Origin: Candidatus Poribacteria bacterium | Lineage (GTDB): Bacteria > Poribacteria > WGA-4E > WGA-3G | Length of the DNA stretch: 64,000 bases | Direction: 5' to 3' | NCBI GenBank assembly: GCA_963665235.2 | Contig: CAXXLX010000001.1 | Span: 800,001 to 864,000 of the forward strand | Part shown: positions 19,717 through 29,457 of the stretch, in pieces | Layout: each line of letters begins with the position of its first letter | How positions within the stretch are numbered: the first letter of the stretch is position 1 | The notes under the pieces: generated by a model | The model's database searches: none | Told to the model about the DNA's origin: nothing | What the model saw: only the letters and a program-made list of their open reading frames with translations | Translations under genes and position numbers: made by a program

Positions 19717-20979
19717 ATGTTCCTCAAATCGATCAGTCTTAACAACGTCAAGTGTTTTTCTGATATTGCTTTGTCCTTTGAAAGGGAGAATGGCGATGTT
19801 CGCAAATGGACACTCTTGTTGGCTGAAAACAGTGTCGGTAAAAGTACGCTGCTGAAAACTATCGCCTTGATAACTGGCGGCAGTGATGCTATAACCGAGC
19901 TATTAGAAAAACCTGCCGACTGGATTCGGTACGACACGCAGGCGTGTGAAATCTCAGCCGTTTTGGGGACAACGGAAGGAAAGGAACGCGAGATTCGCTT
20001 ACAGCTCGCGGCCGAAGATACCCTCGCCGATGTCATCAGGAAAAACGAACAGAATCTCGCTTGGCTTGATAAGGCACTCAAAGGGAAAAACGAGGATTAC
20101 TTTGTGCTCGGTTTCGGCGCGTCTCGACATCTCAATGCAGCAAACAGTCGAAGAACAAAGACATCGGAATTCACAAACAAAAGGGCACAGCGCGTCGCTA
20201 CCCTATTCAACCCTGATGCAACCACCAAACCAATCGATTCCTGGGCGATGGACCTCGACTACATAGGAAACGGTGCTGCATTGGAAACCGTTCGAAAGGT
20301 ACTCAGCAATCTACTACCGGAGATAAAGTTTCATCGCATTGATAAACAGAATGGGCACTTACTATTTGATACGCCAGATGGTATTGTGCCGTTACATTGT
20401 CTCAGCGACGGATATCTTGCAATGGCAGCTTGGATAGGCGACTTGTTGTTCCAAGTTTCAGAAGTCTCTGGTAACTCACAGGAGAAACCGCTTACTGCCA
20501 AGGGGCTCCTCCTCATTGATGAGGTTGACCTGCATCTCCATCCAAAGCGGCAACGCCAACTATTATCGCTTCTTGACAAATGGTTACCGAATTTTCAGTT
20601 CGTTGCAACGACGCACTCGCCCATGGCCGCGCAACAGGCAGGTGAAGGTGAACTTCACTGTTTGATGCGCAAAAGAGGGAAAATTCACCTCTATCCATTT
20701 CCCGGTGCCCCTAACACGCTCCTTTTACACCAACTGGTAATGTCTCCCGCGTTCGGGTTAGATACCGATGAGTCAAAATCGGTTGAGGACATGAAGAACC
20801 GATACCGCTCCCTCCGGGACAAAGCGGAGCTGTCGGCTAAGGAGCAAGCGGAATTGGATAAACTAACCACCGTCATTACTGAACTACCCCCTGGCGGTAG
20901 AGCAAGTATGATACTTTCTGAAGAGCATGAGCAGCTCCTGCGACAAATTCAGAAAGAGTTGCAGGAGGGCAGGGTATGA
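19717..20979 (+). CDS. ABC/AAA_21-type ATPase (PtuA-like defence-associated family)
   Basis: Walker A AENSVGKST, LSDGY signature, LLIDEVDLHLHP and TTHSP. Confidence 0.8.
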   Translation: MFLKSISLNNVKCFSDIALSFERENGDVRKWTLLLAENSVGKSTLLKTIALITGGSDAITELLEKPADWIRYDTQACEISAVLGTTEGKEREIRLQLAAEDTLADVIRKNEQNLAWLDKALKGKNEDYFVLGFGASRHLNAANSRRTKTSEFTNKRAQRVATLFNPDATTKPIDSWAMDLDYIGNGAALETVRKVLSNLLPEIKFHRIDKQNGHLLFDTPDGIVPLHCLSDGYLAMAAWIGDLLFQVSEVSGNSQEKPLTAKGLLLIDEVDLHLHPKRQRQLLSLLDKWLPNFQFVATTHSPMAAQQAGEGELHCLMRKRGKIHLYPFPGAPNTLLLHQLVMSPAFGLDTDESKSVEDMKNRYRSLRDKAELSAKEQAELDKLTTVITELPPGGRASMILSEEHEQLLRQIQKELQEGRV

Positions 20980-21267
20980 TACCCTTCTCCCCTAAATTCA
21001 CGGAACAAATTACTAAACTTTGGACAATTCAAAGGGATAGGTGGAAGGGTGGAAGATTGGAAGGGTGGATTTGGCGTTTTTTGTCAGAATCGTGGATTAT
21101 TGCGGATTACGCGGTTCTTATGTAGGAGCGAGCTGTGCTCGCGATATAGGAAATCGTTCTTATGTAGGAGCGAGCTGTGCTCGCGATACTCACGTTCTTC
21201 TTCATTACCTAATTTATTCACCAAAATTGCGAATTTTTCGTTTTTTTGAAAAAAATCGCAAAAAAAA

Positions 21268-21438
21268 TTGACAAAAAATGCAATTGTGTGTATAATTGAA
21301 TTGATAAAGTGAAAGTTTGGTCTGATGCTATGCTTTCAAACATGGGGACTTGTGTTAAATCGGGAGAGGTCCGAGGAGCCGCCCGGACGCGGCAAATAGA
21401 TGCGGACATCTCCGTCCCTCTCAGCAAACGCAGACACA
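21268..21438 (+). promoter_or_regulatory. Sigma70 promoter plus conserved structured leader motif (copy 2)
   Basis: Near-identical to 18925-19054, with an extra internal segment of about 47 nt. Confidence 0.6.
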
Positions 21439-21549
21439 GTGTCCAAACTTTAGTCCGATGGTATCCAGTTTATGTTGGTTAGCACACAGTCGGGAAAATG
21501 CAACACGTGCGATTTTTCCGAAACGTAAAAGCGAACGCAGGTGAAAAAG

Positions 21550-21717
21550 ATGTGGAAAATATGCCACAATTTTAGCAGCTTAAAACCGATTTTAGCAGTG
21601 CCGTACAGTCGTTATGCAGGCGGTGCGGATGCTTGCTGTGCTTGTGTTTTTCCAACAACAAAACATACTGTTAATATAAATTTAACGATAACTACCCCCC
21701 CCCTTTCTAAATGTTAA
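21550..21717 (+). CDS. Putative 55-aa leader peptide ending NINLTITTPPLSKC
   Basis: Open frame with a C9 tract; ends like the uORF at 67-219. Confidence 0.35.
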   Translation: MWKICHNFSSLKPILAVPYSRYAGGADACCACVFPTTKHTVNINLTITTPPLSKC

Positions 21718-22097
21718 TTATAAATTAACTATTATTAAAAATATAACAGGTCCCAGCAATTATTGCGGGACTCTGTTTGTGCTCGCGCGAGTTTCGTCTT
21801 GTACGAAATGTTTCGTCGCGGGCTATTTTTGTTGCATTGAAATCGGTATCCTTCAATGCTTGTCATCCGCGTTGTGCCTGCGTACCAAGTGCAACGAAAG
21901 GATATAACGAAACGGTACAACTAAACCTAAGCATGAATTACTGAGCCTTATCTTGGATTGTGGTTGCCCATCTGTTTGGGATAAGATGTTAGCTGTAATC
22001 CGCATTCATGCACTACACAACCTAAAAAGCCTCGAGCAGCATGGCATCACCCTTGCTGCTCAAGCACATCTTATATTTTATAAGGAGTTCTATTACA

Positions 22098-24035
22098 ATG
22101 CGAAAATATCACTGGTTATTTATTGTTATCCTAGTAAGTTGTATGGTTTCCATCATCGCTTGCCAATATGTAGATAAGATGACGAAACCTGTTATGCCGG
22201 AACCGGACCCTGAAGTGACTGAACCGACACCCCCAGAAGTGGTGGAGATTGATCTAACGGATCCGAATGCCCTCCCAAATAGACTCACCGTCCAAGATGC
22301 CACATTGGTAAGTGCGTGGCGGCCAGAAACATCAACCGCTGCAACTGCCCCGAGTATCAAGACGGATGTTGAGAATATAAACGCCTCCCCTGGCGACACC
22401 GTTAACCTTCCATTTACCTATTCTGGCACGAACACGCTTGGTGGATGTATTGTGTGTATAGAAGGTGTTCCCGGTTATTATGACCTGCCGTATACCGGTG
22501 CGGCTGATGCGTTACCCACCGCTATCCCCGTTGGTATCCGGGAAAATGTTGCGCCTGGGTCTTTTACAGCGTGTTATAGCGTCTATGACGAGCAGGGACA
22601 ATATGCCAACTACTTGAATATTGTTATTACAGTTGCTGCACCGGAAGTGACTGAACCGACACCCCCAGAAGTGGTGGAGATTGACCTAACGGATCCGAAT
22701 GCGCTGCCAAATAGGTTCGCTGTCCAAGGTGCCACATTGGTAAGTGCATGGCGGCCAGCAACATCAACCGCTGCAACTGCCCCGAGTATCCAAGCAGACG
22801 TTGGAAACATAAACGCCTCCCCTGGTGCCATCGTTAATCTTCCGTTTACGTATTCTGGTGCTAATGCCCTTAGTGGCTGTATCGTGTGTATAGAAGGCGT
22901 TCCCGGTTATTTCAATTTGCCGTATACGGGTGCGGCTGATGCGTTACCCACCGCTATCCCCGTTGGTATCCGGGAAAATGTTGCGCTTGGGTCTTTTACA
23001 GCGTGTTATAGCGTCTATGACAATCAGGGACAATACGCCAACTACTTGAGTGCTGTTATTACCGTTACTGAACCGGAACCACCTGTAGTAGTTGACCCGC
23101 CTGTAGTAGTTGACCCACCTGTAGTAGTTGACCCACCTGTAGTAGTTGACCCGCCTGTAGTCGTTGACCCGCCTGTAGTCGTTGACCCGGGAGAGGCGCG
23201 CGAAGGCATGGTGCTAATCCCCGCTGGTGAATTTCAGATGGGGACGAACGATCATCCTTTTAGCCACGACTTGAATCTAGATCCTTATTACAATGCCCAT
23301 ACCGTTTACGTGGATGCGTTCTATATAGATCAGTATGAGGTGACGAATGCACAATATGTGGCATTTCTGAATGCAAATGATCCGAAAGGTATAAAAGCTA
23401 GACAGAACCAGTGGTTCGGTGTGTGGGCGGGTGTTCATTATTCTTACCATTCGGGGGGGGAGACAGCTCCGATTTGGTATGATGTAGATGTAACGGATAT
23501 GTATCGTGTGAAGGCAGGTTTTGAAAATTACCCTGTTGTGTATGTAAGTTGGTATGGGGCAATGGCTTACGCCAAATGGGTAGGGAAACGTTTGCCCACA
23601 GAAGCCGAATGGGAAAAGGCTGCGCGAGGCGGTTTGGTAGATAAGTGGTATGTGTGGGGGAATGCGGGGCCTGATCCTTATAACCCGAAAGAAAATTTCT
23701 ACATATCCGTGAATTCTGGTCCAACACCTATTGGCAGTTTTCAGCCGAACGGGTATGATTTATACGATATGGGTGGTAACGTTCAGGAGTGGTGCTTAGA
23801 CGAGTACGATGAGGGTTTCTATGCGATCTCTCCGAGGCGGAATCCGCTAGCTGGTGCACCCAGTATAGGATGGTTATTAGACAACTATACAGACGTTACG
23901 TCTGTACGCGTCGTGCGCGGCGGTTTCTATAGTGATAGCATAGAAGATGCAGTTATCTTCTGGCGTTATAGTGGTGGTCCGGCTCGTCGGGCGGAATGGC
24001 TCGGTTTTCGTTGTGTGCAGGATGCCTCCGATTAA
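22098..24035 (+). CDS. Lipoprotein with duplicated N-terminal domain, PVVVDP repeats and SUMF1/FGE-sulfatase domain
   Basis: AAGGAG RBS, lipobox-like IIAC; MVLIPAGEFQMG, RLPTEAEWEKAARGG and GFRCV. Confidence 0.88.
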   Translation: MRKYHWLFIVILVSCMVSIIACQYVDKMTKPVMPEPDPEVTEPTPPEVVEIDLTDPNALPNRLTVQDATLVSAWRPETSTAATAPSIKTDVENINASPGDTVNLPFTYSGTNTLGGCIVCIEGVPGYYDLPYTGAADALPTAIPVGIRENVAPGSFTACYSVYDEQGQYANYLNIVITVAAPEVTEPTPPEVVEIDLTDPNALPNRFAVQGATLVSAWRPATSTAATAPSIQADVGNINASPGAIVNLPFTYSGANALSGCIVCIEGVPGYFNLPYTGAADALPTAIPVGIRENVALGSFTACYSVYDNQGQYANYLSAVITVTEPEPPVVVDPPVVVDPPVVVDPPVVVDPPVVVDPPVVVDPGEAREGMVLIPAGEFQMGTNDHPFSHDLNLDPYYNAHTVYVDAFYIDQYEVTNAQYVAFLNANDPKGIKARQNQWFGVWAGVHYSYHSGGETAPIWYDVDVTDMYRVKAGFENYPVVYVSWYGAMAYAKWVGKRLPTEAEWEKAARGGLVDKWYVWGNAGPDPYNPKENFYISVNSGPTPIGSFQPNGYDLYDMGGNVQEWCLDEYDEGFYAISPRRNPLAGAPSIGWLLDNYTDVTSVRVVRGGFYSDSIEDAVIFWRYSGGPARRAEWLGFRCVQDASD

Positions 24036-24503
24036 ATGTTTGCTGCTTGCAGGGAAGGGAACGTTCCTTTCTCTGCGGGCACCGACTGTATAAGTAGGAC
24101 TTATACAATTCCTTTTAGGGCGGTTCCATGAAGTGAAGATTAATTTTTAAATTCGGTAATTCTGCTCTCTTTTCTGTCTGAATCGCTGATTATCACAGAG
24201 AACGCGGAATTAAGAGATTCTTTGTTACCGATCCGTCTCTCACGAGCGGAATTAAGAGATTTTTTTGTTACCGAACCGTCTCTGGCGAAAGGAAATAGTT
24301 GAAACACAAAAGCATTTTCCGCGTCCTCTGTGTTCTCTGTGCCTTCTGTGATTCAGACAACAAAAGAATAGACCTCATACAAGAGCAACATTAGAGAAGG
24401 TATCTAGTGTCCGGAAATTACCGAATTAATTTTTTAAACTTCATCATAATCGTGTGATTCATTGTCTCTCAATTTCTAAGCAGTAAAGGAGATATAAGAT
24501 AAC

Positions 24504-27053
24504 ATGAAAATTAAAGTAACTGTTTTTGTATTAACACTTCTCACGGTTTCAAGTGTCCATATCTCTGCTGTCTTTGCACAAGATGCGGAGTACATGCAAT
24601 GGGGTTTACCCGAAGGTGCAAAAGCGCGTCTCGGCAAAGGCACGTTAAGCAAGATAACGTATTCTCCAGATGGTAAGTTGCTTGCAGTAGCTGGCAGTGC
24701 AGGAACATGGATCTATGATGCCAAAAACCTAGAAGGACAATCCCTACTGAGGGTATGGGATGGTGTTTTCGATTCCAATTCACTGACAATAATCGGTAAA
24801 AATTTTGAAGCGACTGGGTCTGCTTACGGTCCCAACCTCGTAGCAGAAATCTGTTTCTACGATGTTGCGACGGGTGTGAAGAAAGGTAGCATTGAAATAG
24901 GCTCGACTGTTGGTCCCTTTGCCTATTCGTCGGTCAGTAACCAGCTTGCTACTGGTAACAGTACGGCACCCAAAAACGTGGTGATGTGGGATACAGAGAC
25001 GAAGACACAGATGTACACTCTCAGCGGGCATCAGAATAATCTGAAAGCCCTCGCTTTTTCACCTGATGGCGAAACGCTTGCAACTGCTTCGTATGAAAGC
25101 ATCCGGCTATGGGATGTCACAAAGGGGAGAGGGGGTCGACTCATAGCTGTTTTTGACAATGATAGTTATGAGGTTAAACTTGCCTTTTCACCCGATGGTA
25201 CAATGCTTGCAGGAGGTATAGGTTACGACGTGAAGGTGTGGGATGTTAGGACAACTCAACTCAAAGCTGTCACTACTAATTTTGGTTATATCTATGACCT
25301 TGCCTTTTCACCCGATGGTACAATGCTTGCAAGTAGTAAGGGGATATTGTGGGAAACGGAAACGTGGGAACGGAAAGCTATTCTTCTCAGCGGTTATTAT
25401 GATTCTAGTTATTATAATTATAGAGGGACCGCTGTTGCGTATTCGCCCGATGGTAAAACGCTCGCCATTGGGTTTAATAAACATGCTTTGCAATTGTGGG
25501 ATGTAGCGAAAATTTCTTCACAGATAAGAGAACACGACTACGAAAACGATTTTGACTTATCCTTAAATTGGAATTACTATTGGGATTCCTATGAATTCAA
25601 GGAGCATGGCATCGAGCTTGAAGGCGATCCAATACTCATCGATAAGCCTGACGGCGTTTTCTATTCTTTCGATCCTGGTGGTGTAGCGGGTATCTATTCC
25701 CTTGCGTATTTGACCGACGGAAATACCCTCCTCATAAATGAATATTTATTGTGGGATACGACAACAGGCTCACGCAAAGGAACTTTAAGTGGGGCTGATG
25801 AATATGCCGTTTTAAGTGAGCTTGTGAGTGGACCTCTGTCGTTAAATTCGGCCAGCTTTGAAAAATTAAATTGGGTTGTCTCAAGAGATTTAAATATTGA
25901 AATCATACGTAATCTCACAAGTGGTGTTGTTACGTCGTTAACGAACCCCGCCAGGGCTCTTGCATATTCACCCAATGGAAGTATACTTGCAATTGCAAGA
26001 CACACAGAGGCTGGCGGGGTCTTGCAGCTGTGGAATCCGGTGACGAGGCGACTCATAAGAACTATAGAAGTAGAAAGGACTATAGGAGCCCTTGCTTTTT
26101 CACCTGATGGCACTATCTTTACAAGCGGCCATGGTTCCACAGTGAATTTATGGAATACAGGAACCGGCGAACACATCCGCGCCATCTCAGGAACAGCACC
26201 GTTTGTGTATTCACCCGATGGAAATACACTTGCAATAGGACGCGAGCATGTTGCATTTTTGTGTGATACAGAGAAGTTATTATATAATCCGGATTATCTA
26301 CAGATAGAACGAATCCTTAACGGTCATACGGGCAGAGTCACGGACCTTGTATATTCGCCTGATGGGACCACGCTTGCAAGTGCAAGTCGGGACGGCACTA
26401 TATTAATCTGGCAAATCGAGCCATCCCCATCCTCACTACTCCCTGAAGATGTCAATATGGACGGGGTTGTAAACATTCTTGACATGGTCAGGGTTGCCTC
26501 AAACTTCGGCAAGAAGGGCCCAAACACTGCGGATATTAACGGGGATGGGGTTGTCAATATATTAGATTTGACGCTTGTTGCCGCCAAATTTGGTAATATG
26601 TCTTCGGCACCCGTTACCTGGAACCTTGATCTTGCCACAACCCTTACGCGTGCGGATGTAGCAGCATGGCTCCATGAGGCGCGTCAAATGAATCTAACAG
26701 AGCCCGTTTTTCAACGTGGTATTCTGATTTTGGAACAACTCTTGGCAGCATTGACACCAACAGAGACAACACTCTTGCCAAACTATCCCAATCCGTTCAA
26801 CCCGGAAACGTGGATACCGTATCAGTTATCCGAATCGGTGGACGTAGTATTGACCATCTATTCTGTTGATGGCAAACTGGTACGGCGTTTAGATTTGGGA
26901 CATAAAGCTGCTGGTTTTTACCAGAGTCGTAACCGTGCGGCATATTGGGATGGTAGGAATGCTGACGGTGAACGCGTGGCAAGCGGTCCCTATTTCTATA
27001 CGCTAACTGCTGGGGATTTCTCAGCTACCCGTAAGATGTTAATCGTGAAGTAG
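24504..27053 (+). CDS. Secreted WD40 repeat protein with dockerin-like EF-hand and FlgD-type C-terminal domain
   Basis: Signal peptide, repeated AFSPDG motifs, DVNMDGVVNILD and NYPNPFNPETWIPY. Confidence 0.9.
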   Translation: MKIKVTVFVLTLLTVSSVHISAVFAQDAEYMQWGLPEGAKARLGKGTLSKITYSPDGKLLAVAGSAGTWIYDAKNLEGQSLLRVWDGVFDSNSLTIIGKNFEATGSAYGPNLVAEICFYDVATGVKKGSIEIGSTVGPFAYSSVSNQLATGNSTAPKNVVMWDTETKTQMYTLSGHQNNLKALAFSPDGETLATASYESIRLWDVTKGRGGRLIAVFDNDSYEVKLAFSPDGTMLAGGIGYDVKVWDVRTTQLKAVTTNFGYIYDLAFSPDGTMLASSKGILWETETWERKAILLSGYYDSSYYNYRGTAVAYSPDGKTLAIGFNKHALQLWDVAKISSQIREHDYENDFDLSLNWNYYWDSYEFKEHGIELEGDPILIDKPDGVFYSFDPGGVAGIYSLAYLTDGNTLLINEYLLWDTTTGSRKGTLSGADEYAVLSELVSGPLSLNSASFEKLNWVVSRDLNIEIIRNLTSGVVTSLTNPARALAYSPNGSILAIARHTEAGGVLQLWNPVTRRLIRTIEVERTIGALAFSPDGTIFTSGHGSTVNLWNTGTGEHIRAISGTAPFVYSPDGNTLAIGREHVAFLCDTEKLLYNPDYLQIERILNGHTGRVTDLVYSPDGTTLASASRDGTILIWQIEPSPSSLLPEDVNMDGVVNILDMVRVASNFGKKGPNTADINGDGVVNILDLTLVAAKFGNMSSAPVTWNLDLATTLTRADVAAWLHEARQMNLTEPVFQRGILILEQLLAALTPTETTLLPNYPNPFNPETWIPYQLSESVDVVLTIYSVDGKLVRRLDLGHKAAGFYQSRNRAAYWDGRNADGERVASGPYFYTLTAGDFSATRKMLIVK

Positions 27054-27132
27054 AGCGAGTTTGGGATGGGCGGGTGTGGACATCCGCCCAATCCTATTTG
27101 AGGACAGAAAAATGGAAATCAACACCCTACCC

Positions 27133-28179
27133 CTACTTAAAAACCACAATCAGTTTTCGCGCTATTACGTTTTGGGCAGCCGCTTTCGCGTGAATGACGA
27201 GAATATAGCGTCCGTTTCGAACTATAACGCCATCATCTGTTAATCCATCCCACTGTTCCGCGTTCGGCCCGATGTGGCGTACAGCACTGTTGAGGAGTCT
27301 GCGGATACGTCTACCCCGTAGGTCAAAGATATCCATTGTGACAAGTGCTTGCGACGCATCGGGGGCATTGAGTTGATACGTTATTGTGAGTCGATGTCTC
27401 TCCGGGGCGAAAAAGACGCGGGGAGACAACGTAACCCGCTGAATTTTTAACCTATTCGTGCGTTTCAAGGTTGTTTCAGGGACCATTAAGGTATAAATAC
27501 CGAAGTGGTTGATAGAGGCAGTGACGGTGCCTTGGGCAACGTTCACCCGACTTTGCAACGGCACCCATCTTTTCTGAAATCCCTCCCAAAAATAGAGGTG
27601 TGGTTGTGCATCCGTTCCGAGCAAAAATGTGATACGCGCGCTCCGTTTGAGCACAAGCCGCGCCGGTGAAATACGAACGACACGCACAAGCCGTTTTGCT
27701 GCTATCGGCACCCCCGGAGGTCCCACAATTTCTATGCCAATTTTCTGTTCAGTTGGTAGTGCACCTTTGGGCAGTTCTATCTCTACCCCCGCAGGACTTT
27801 TGAGGGTGCCACCGTTAGTCGTAAACGTCTTCGTAGCAGGCACGACTGTCAGCTTGACACGTTTCAGCATGCCGTTGCGTCTGCATAGGAGATGTCCTTC
27901 GCCGACAAAAATTGCCGATAATATCGGGGGTGTGCCCGTAATGCTGCCTAAGTTCCCCGCAATGAACCAGCTCGCCGCCACCGGGTTTTTGTCGGAGGTT
28001 GCCGCCTGAAGTCGGTATTGTTGTCCCGAAATCAATGTGTAGGGGGGCATTATCTGAATATTTCCATCAAATATCTGAATTTCAAACGGGTCGGCAGCGG
28101 TTGCAATATGGGGAAGACAGCACGCTATCAGTGTGATAAAAATGAAATGGACGGCTACTTGGGCAAAAAGTGTTCGCAT
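27133..28179 (-). CDS. Secreted protein with ZU5-like and FlgD Ig-like domains
   Basis: True start MRTLFAQV (ATG 28179); WDGLTDDG...NGRY FlgD motif. The longer ORF start lies in the MITE. Confidence 0.8.
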   Translation of the reverse strand: MRTLFAQVAVHFIFITLIACCLPHIATAADPFEIQIFDGNIQIMPPYTLISGQQYRLQAATSDKNPVAASWFIAGNLGSITGTPPILSAIFVGEGHLLCRRNGMLKRVKLTVVPATKTFTTNGGTLKSPAGVEIELPKGALPTEQKIGIEIVGPPGVPIAAKRLVRVVRISPARLVLKRSARITFLLGTDAQPHLYFWEGFQKRWVPLQSRVNVAQGTVTASINHFGIYTLMVPETTLKRTNRLKIQRVTLSPRVFFAPERHRLTITYQLNAPDASQALVTMDIFDLRGRRIRRLLNSAVRHIGPNAEQWDGLTDDGVIVRNGRYILVIHAKAAAQNVIARKLIVVFK

Positions 28180-28187
28180 AGTTCTAA

Positions 28188-28485
28188 TACCATTTTTATT
28201 AATTATTCTATCATTACCGGTTGTTAGAAATGAAACGGAGAACGGAAGACCCAAACTGGAAGTTTATGCTACAAGAACGCACAAACTGGAAGTTTATGCT
28301 ACAAGAAAGCACAAACTGGAAGTTTATGCTACAAGAACGCACAAACTGGAAGTTTATGCTACAAGAAAGCACAAACTGGAAGTTTATGCTACAAGAAAGC
28401 GCACAAACTAAAAGTTTATGCTACAAGAACGCACAAACTGGAAGTTTATGCTACAAGAAAGAGACATTTTCAATTAGAAATGGTA
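28188..28485 (+). mobile_element. REP-array MITE family 1, copy D (7 units)
   Basis: TAA|TACCATTT...AAATGGTA|TAA. Confidence 0.9.
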
Positions 28486-28523
28486 TAACTAGGTAAGCAT
28501 TCATCAATCAGAATATGCTGCAT
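28486..28523 (-). pseudogene. N-terminal remnant of a DUF5615/VapC45-like PIN toxin (MQHILIDECLPS)
   Basis: Overlaps the end of the DUF433 gene; matches the typical xxLxDExLP start; cut by MITE copy D. Confidence 0.55.
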
Positions 28524-28758
28524 AAGCTTGTGTGAGTAGCATCTCCTTTGCCAATTCCAATGTCTGCACAGCCTGTGTGCGGCTGACAGCAGGAAAATCT
28601 TCCAAAAATTCGTCTAAATTATCACCCGCTTCCAGATAGTCAATGAGGTTTTTGATGGGAACACGTGTGTTTTTGAAAACAGGGGTGCCACTCATAATCT
28701 CCGGATTACAGGTAATAAGGTTGTTAAATGCCTGCACTGTTTGCTGCTCAGATTTCAT
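28504..28758 (-). CDS. DUF433 domain antitoxin
   Basis: NPEIMSGTPVFKNTRVPI...FLEDFP motif. Confidence 0.88.
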   Translation of the reverse strand: MKSEQQTVQAFNNLITCNPEIMSGTPVFKNTRVPIKNLIDYLEAGDNLDEFLEDFPAVSRTQAVQTLELAKEMLLTQAYAAYSD

Positions 28759-28790
28759 GCCTAATTCTCCTTAAAATTTAACTTTCGCGC

Positions 28791-29320
28791 TAGAAGGATG
28801 ATAATTTAAGGATACCATGAAAACGGGTTATAGTAAAGCAATTATTGAAGTCGCGAGCCCAGCTCGCTCCTACAGAAGATTGTGTAGCTAAAAAGGGTTT
28901 GTTATACGCAATCGTGTCGCGAGCCCAGCTCGCTCCTACAGAAGAGGGGTAACGGAAAAAATGCTAAACCTCCAATCACAAAACTTTCTAGAAGGGCGAT
29001 AATTTAAGGATACCATGAAAACGGGTTATAGTAAAGCAATTATTGAAGTCGCGAGCCCAGCTCGCTCCTACAGAAGAGGGGTAATGCGGAAAAAACGCTA
29101 AACCTCCAATCACAAAACTTTCTAGAAGGGCGATAATTTAAGGATACCATGAAAACGGGTTATAGTAAAGCAATTATTGAAGTCGCGAGCCCAGCTCGCT
29201 CCTACAGAAGATTGTGTAGCTAAAAAGGGTTTGTTATACGCAATCGTGTCGCGAGCCCAGCTCGCTCCTACAGAAGAGGGGTAATGCGGAAAAAACGCTA
29301 AACCTCCAATCACAAAACTT
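28791..29320 (+). repeat. Triplicated block (about 135-197 nt) containing 5 GTAG-REP copies
   Basis: TAGAAGG.GATAATTTAAGGATACCATGAAAACGGG recurs at about 28791, 28988 and 29123. Confidence 0.85.
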
Positions 29321-29457
29321 TGATTGTTACGCATCTTAAAATCCGCGAAATCCGATAAATCCGCGCTAATCCGCGATTCAGACAACACACGTGAAATCCT
29401 TTATTAAGGCGCGATTCTCCTTGAATTGCAGGCGATTTCGTGATACACTCATGCATT

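Noticed and set aside
23200-24035. Diversity-generating retroelement target
   Set aside because: The fold is compatible, but no reverse transcriptase or adenine-variant template repeat was found in this window.
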